Below are positions 53,832 to 57,292 of a stretch of 57,292 nt of DNA, piece by piece. The notes beneath the pieces are model-generated. The model made no database searches. It saw only the letters and a list, made by a program, of their open reading frames with translations, and had not been told where the DNA came from. The translations under genes were made by a program, and so were the position numbers. The stretch covers positions 1-57,292 of the forward strand of contig JAAPAO010000179.1 in assembly GCA_013115145.1 (NCBI GenBank), written 5' to 3'. The stretch's first letter is position 1, and every line of letters starts with the position of its first letter. This DNA is from Perkinsus chesapeaki ATCC PRA-425 (Eukaryota; Protista; Perkinsozoa).

Positions 53832-55953
53832 TTATGTTAATAGAGATTCAATAATCCAACTCACTAACTCACTAACAGTTATATTATTATTATCATCACA
53901 TTGATCACATGATTGTAATATATTATCATCACCGAATGTTGTTATATATACTTTGAATTGTGGTGATTTTGTTAGTAACTGTATTAATAAATCTTTATCC
54001 TTCAACCTAAGTTTAAATCTTTCTTCTTTTATTAATATACCAATACATCTTAAATGGGTTTCTATGCCAGTAAATATTAATAGGTATTCCTTATCATCAT
54101 ACTTTTCTTCTCGTATATCTCCTCTTCTTTCTACATCACTCTCAACACAATATTCAACAACACCATTATCACCATTTTTATCATCATTTAACAAGCTATT
54201 ATATGCTTCTACATGTTGTATTAGAGAATATACAATACCACTACATATACCATTATCTATTGCTGCTGCTATAATATCATTTGGTATTGTTGCCCATGAT
54301 AAGAAGGAATTGCCCTAAAATTGATGAATAATAATAATTATTATTATTGACAATGCGGCGTATGCTTGATGATTATGATGATGATGTAAAAAAAGGAACA
54401 CTAGTTGTTGTTGAAGTTGAATATTATTATTATGTATTACCATATTATCTATTCTTGCTATAATGCTAGCAGCAGCTACATATGATTTACATTCGAACAA
54501 TTTTAATACCCATTTTGTTATATTATCAAATACATCTTTATCAGCAATTGAATAATTATTATTAACCGTCATCATCAACATATCATGTATTCTCCTACTA
54601 CTATAACTACTACCATTATTAATACAATTTGATATAATTCTACTTTCATGTCCCTTTTTATTGTCATCATCATCATCAACCATCATCATCCTCATTATAT
54701 GATTATCATCAGGTATATTTGCATTATTATTACTATTATTATCAAATTTAACTTGTTTATTATTTCTATTATATTTTTCATATATTGCTTGTATTACATC
54801 TGGTATAAAGATATTATCACTTAATAAGGCTTTAGCAAGTAATAAATTAGCTTCATCTCGGGATAAATAATCAATATTATTATTAGTTGCTATATCTAAT
54901 AATATTATAATACAATTAGTATTGCTTGACCAATCAAATAATGGTAATATATTGTAACACGGATAAAGATATTTTAATAACGTACTATAATTATTATTAT
55001 CGTATCTTTTTTTCATCGTCGTCGTTGTTAACCATATCTTATTCGTTATTATATTAGATATATCAGATTCATATTCATGAGGTTCAATCATAGTATAAGC
55101 AGATATAGCAGCAGAATAATAAATTTTATAATCATAATAATCATTACTATCGATTATAGTATTTTCATAATCATCCCTTTCTTTTATATAATATTTTATC
55201 CCATTAATAATTGTATTCATAATCGTTCTTAACGATTTATGTATATCATATGTCACCAATACGGCCTCAACTAATCCATTATTATTGTATAATATATTAT
55301 TACATATATTAATAAAAATAGATAAACAAGATTCTATTAATTTATTATTATAGTATGTATCATCATCATTATTATTATCATAAGTTCTTCTTCTTTTCGA
55401 TTCTGTTATATATCCTAGTTCTTCTTGTGCTCTAGCTAGTTGTACATATACTGATGTTAAAGCAACTAATGTTAACTCTTTAATGGATGACAATTCTATT
55501 TTATTATTTCCATTATTCTCACTCCAATCATCATACTTTAAGTAATGGCAACTGATAATAAAATAATAAATAACAACAACTTGTTATTATTATCATCGTA
55601 TGCTTCATCAGCATTACATAGCAAAGTTTGACGCATCAATTATCATTATAATAGATTTTGTATCTTTTGGTGATATCTTTTTAAATCCTAAGCGTATCCA
55701 ATCCATTATTATAACTGGGTTAGATGATGATAGATGAAATTTAATATCCGATAATAACAAACGTAAAGCCTAAAATATCCGGTATTATCTTAATAACAAC
55801 AATCACCCACCTTACCCCAATATAACCTATATCCTTCTCTATCAACTTGATAATATCCATACTATCTTGTTTAGTATTACTCCTACTACTGGATACCCCA
55901 TTCATTCCCTCATTATCATCATCATGCTCAATCTGTTGGTTAGTATTATCCAT
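53832..55953 (-). CDS. Hypothetical protein (ORFs 55741-55953, 54315-55493 and 53832-54194, probably exons of one gene)
   Basis: Long open frames on the same strand separated by short intron-like tracts; no family recognised. Confidence 0.55.
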
Positions 55954-55981
55954 GAATAAGGAACAAAAACCACTTTAACAT

Positions 55982-56060
55982 TATTGCGGAGCGAGCGAAG
56001 CGAGCGGAGCTTATATTGCAGTGCGCGGTCGTTCGTGTGCGTGCGTCCGTCTGTCACGGG
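55982..56060 (+). mobile_element. End of a Helentron-associated (HINE/DINE-1-like) non-autonomous element, candidate
   Basis: Starts after TT. GCGGAGCGAGCGAAGCGAGCGGAGC (55986-56010) is followed by a GTCY-type tract (GTTCGTGTGCGTGCGTCCGTCTGTC), an arrangement typical of this class. Confidence 0.4.
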
Positions 56061-56121
56061 ACAAGGCCAACACACAATTAATATGCCATTGAGCCATGGG
56101 CGAGCGAGAAAGCACCCACGG

Positions 56122-56177
56122 CTACGCTATAGATTAAGTGAGATGATGACTACGCTATAGATTAAGTGAGATGATGA
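56122..56177. repeat. 28-bp direct tandem duplication
   Basis: CTACGCTATAGATTAAGTGAGATGATGA x2, exact. Confidence 0.9.
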
Positions 56178-56349
56178 TTATTATATATTGCATTTATATC
56201 CCATAGACCAATAGTGATATTTGTATTGTAGTTTGCATTTCCCTATTGGTATTTCGACTCTCTCATCTCTAACCGGCTAGGTTTGCGTTGACTGAAAGAC
56301 CTTGGGAACTCTGACAACAAATACCAATATTTCTGGTGCTACAATAACT

Positions 56350-56616
56350 ATGACTTCTGATGAAGAAGTATATGACGGCACTGATGGGAGAACAAGGACT
56401 AATGGTACTCCTCCTCCTATCAATGTGACCGTATCGGAGCTGTATCAACAAAACCAAGAACTTCGACGCCAGATAGATGCTCTACAGTCTCGACTAGCTT
56501 CGACAGAGACTCCTAATTCCATAAGAAATTCAGGACCGACTGGTAATGCGTCTGACAGTTCTCGGCCTATGTCTGGTAATGGTGATGGTACTGCAGTAGC
56601 GGCTCGTAAGGAGTGA
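56350..56616 (+). CDS. Short ORF with coiled coil; possible truncated gag N-terminus
   Basis: MTSDEEVY...LYQQNQELRRQIDALQSRL. TE-like base composition, intronless, and stops right at the start of the 15-bp array. Confidence 0.3.
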   Translation: MTSDEEVYDGTDGRTRTNGTPPPINVTVSELYQQNQELRRQIDALQSRLASTETPNSIRNSGPTGNASDSSRPMSGNGDGTAVAARKE

Positions 56617-56625
56617 GGATCATAT

Positions 56626-57030
56626 CGTACAGTGCAAGCTGGTAGAATGGTAATCAGTATGGCTCTTATCCGTACAGTTGCAACTCATACAGTTTTGGGT
56701 CGTACAGTTGCGATTCGTACAGTGTTATATCATCTTGTTGCACTTCGTACAGTGTCATATCGTACAGTATCAATTCGTACAGTGTCCAGCCATACAGTGT
56801 CATTTGGTACAGTACAAGCAAGTACAGTGTCAGTTAGTACAAGGCTAATTCGTACAGTTACGGTTCATACAGTGCCAACTCGTACAGTTACGGCTCATAC
56901 AGTGCCAACTCGTACAGTTTCGGTTCATACAATTTCAACTCGTACAGTTCCGGTTCATACAATTTCAACTCGTACAGTTACGATTCATACAGTGCAAACT
57001 CGTACAGTATTATTTGGTACACCGACACTT
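56626..57030. repeat. Phased 15-bp tandem array (24 contiguous units from 56671) with conserved core TACAGT
   Basis: Units such as CGTACAGTTACGGTT / CATACAGTGCCAACT stay in exact 15-bp phase; 56626 is also in phase. Confidence 0.9.
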
Positions 57031-57044
57031 TCGTACACTTTGCT

Positions 57045-57112
57045 CCGATTTTTTTCAGTATATTCCGCGCCGCGCGGAATATACTGAAAAAAATCGGCGC
57101 GCTACGCGCGCC
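57045..57112. other. Perfect 25-bp inverted repeat plus an overlapping 7-bp GC hairpin
   Basis: CCGATTTTTTTCAGTATATTCCGCG-ccg-CGCGGAATATACTGAAAAAAATCGG (57045-57097); GGCGCGC-tac-GCGCGCC (57096-57112). Confidence 0.9.
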
Positions 57113-57161
57113 CCCGGTCGAGTTCCACTACGGCTGTCTCAACCACTAGAAGTTCATCAAG

Positions 57162-57232
57162 CTTCTCACCAGGTTTCGAACCCGTGCCTTGCGGTTACGA
57201 GGCCAGATGCCTAACCACTAGACCACTACGCA
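57162..57232 (-). pseudogene. tRNA-like element (pseudo-tRNA or SINE-like head)
   Basis: The minus strand reads GTAGTGGTCTAGTGGTTAGG-CAT-CTGGC-CTCGTAA-CCGCA-AGGC-ACGGG-TTCGAAA-CCTGG. Spacing and A/B boxes are tRNA-like, but the acceptor and anticodon stems do not pair. Confidence 0.55.
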
Positions 57233-57292
57233 CGTCATATGGTTGACAAGGTAGCCTGCCTTGGGCAGGTCTTGTGCGGTTGCCAATCACTT

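Noticed and set aside
56085-56100. Spliced-leader relic (TGGCTCAA on the minus strand)
   Set aside because: Only 8 nt match the dinoflagellate/perkinsid SL; the upstream CCGTAGCC and terminal G are missing.
56247-56262. Primer-binding site and 5' LTR for the gag-like ORF
   Set aside because: TGGTAT is present, but it is not preceded by an LTR-terminal CA, its complement does not look like a tRNA acceptor end, and no second LTR copy is in the window.

Overview
Very AT-rich, gene-dense eukaryotic DNA with many short GT-AG introns and abundant trinucleotide low-complexity sequence. The gene content (a CDPK-type kinase, meckelin, roadblock dynein light chain) fits a flagellated alveolate; a Perkinsus-like organism is an inference, not something shown here. 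Recognisable genes are mitochondrial-type NADP-isocitrate dehydrogenase, meckelin/TMEM67, transportin-1, DYNLRB, KIN17, CstF-64, DIS3/RRP44, a secreted-type SAM methyltransferase, a WDR44-like WD40 protein and a CDPK-like kinase, plus several hypothetical genes. Mobile DNA includes a 5'-truncated Ty3/gypsy element (integrase, PPT, possible LTR) and several non-autonomous, GC-richer elements. Most notable observations: (1) TE-like islands repeatedly carry tRNA-like Pol III A/B-box modules and GNA mini-hairpins, one next to a phased 24 x 15-bp array and a perfect 25-bp palindrome; (2) many introns have inverted-repeat ends (GTAATAATAA...TTATTATTAG); (3) the DIS3 PIN endonuclease appears catalytically dead; (4) a possible remote TAF1C/Rrn6 homologue; (5) a 100-nt three-hairpin ncRNA candidate. 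Exon boundaries and gene ends were read by eye and are approximate. No database searches were run.
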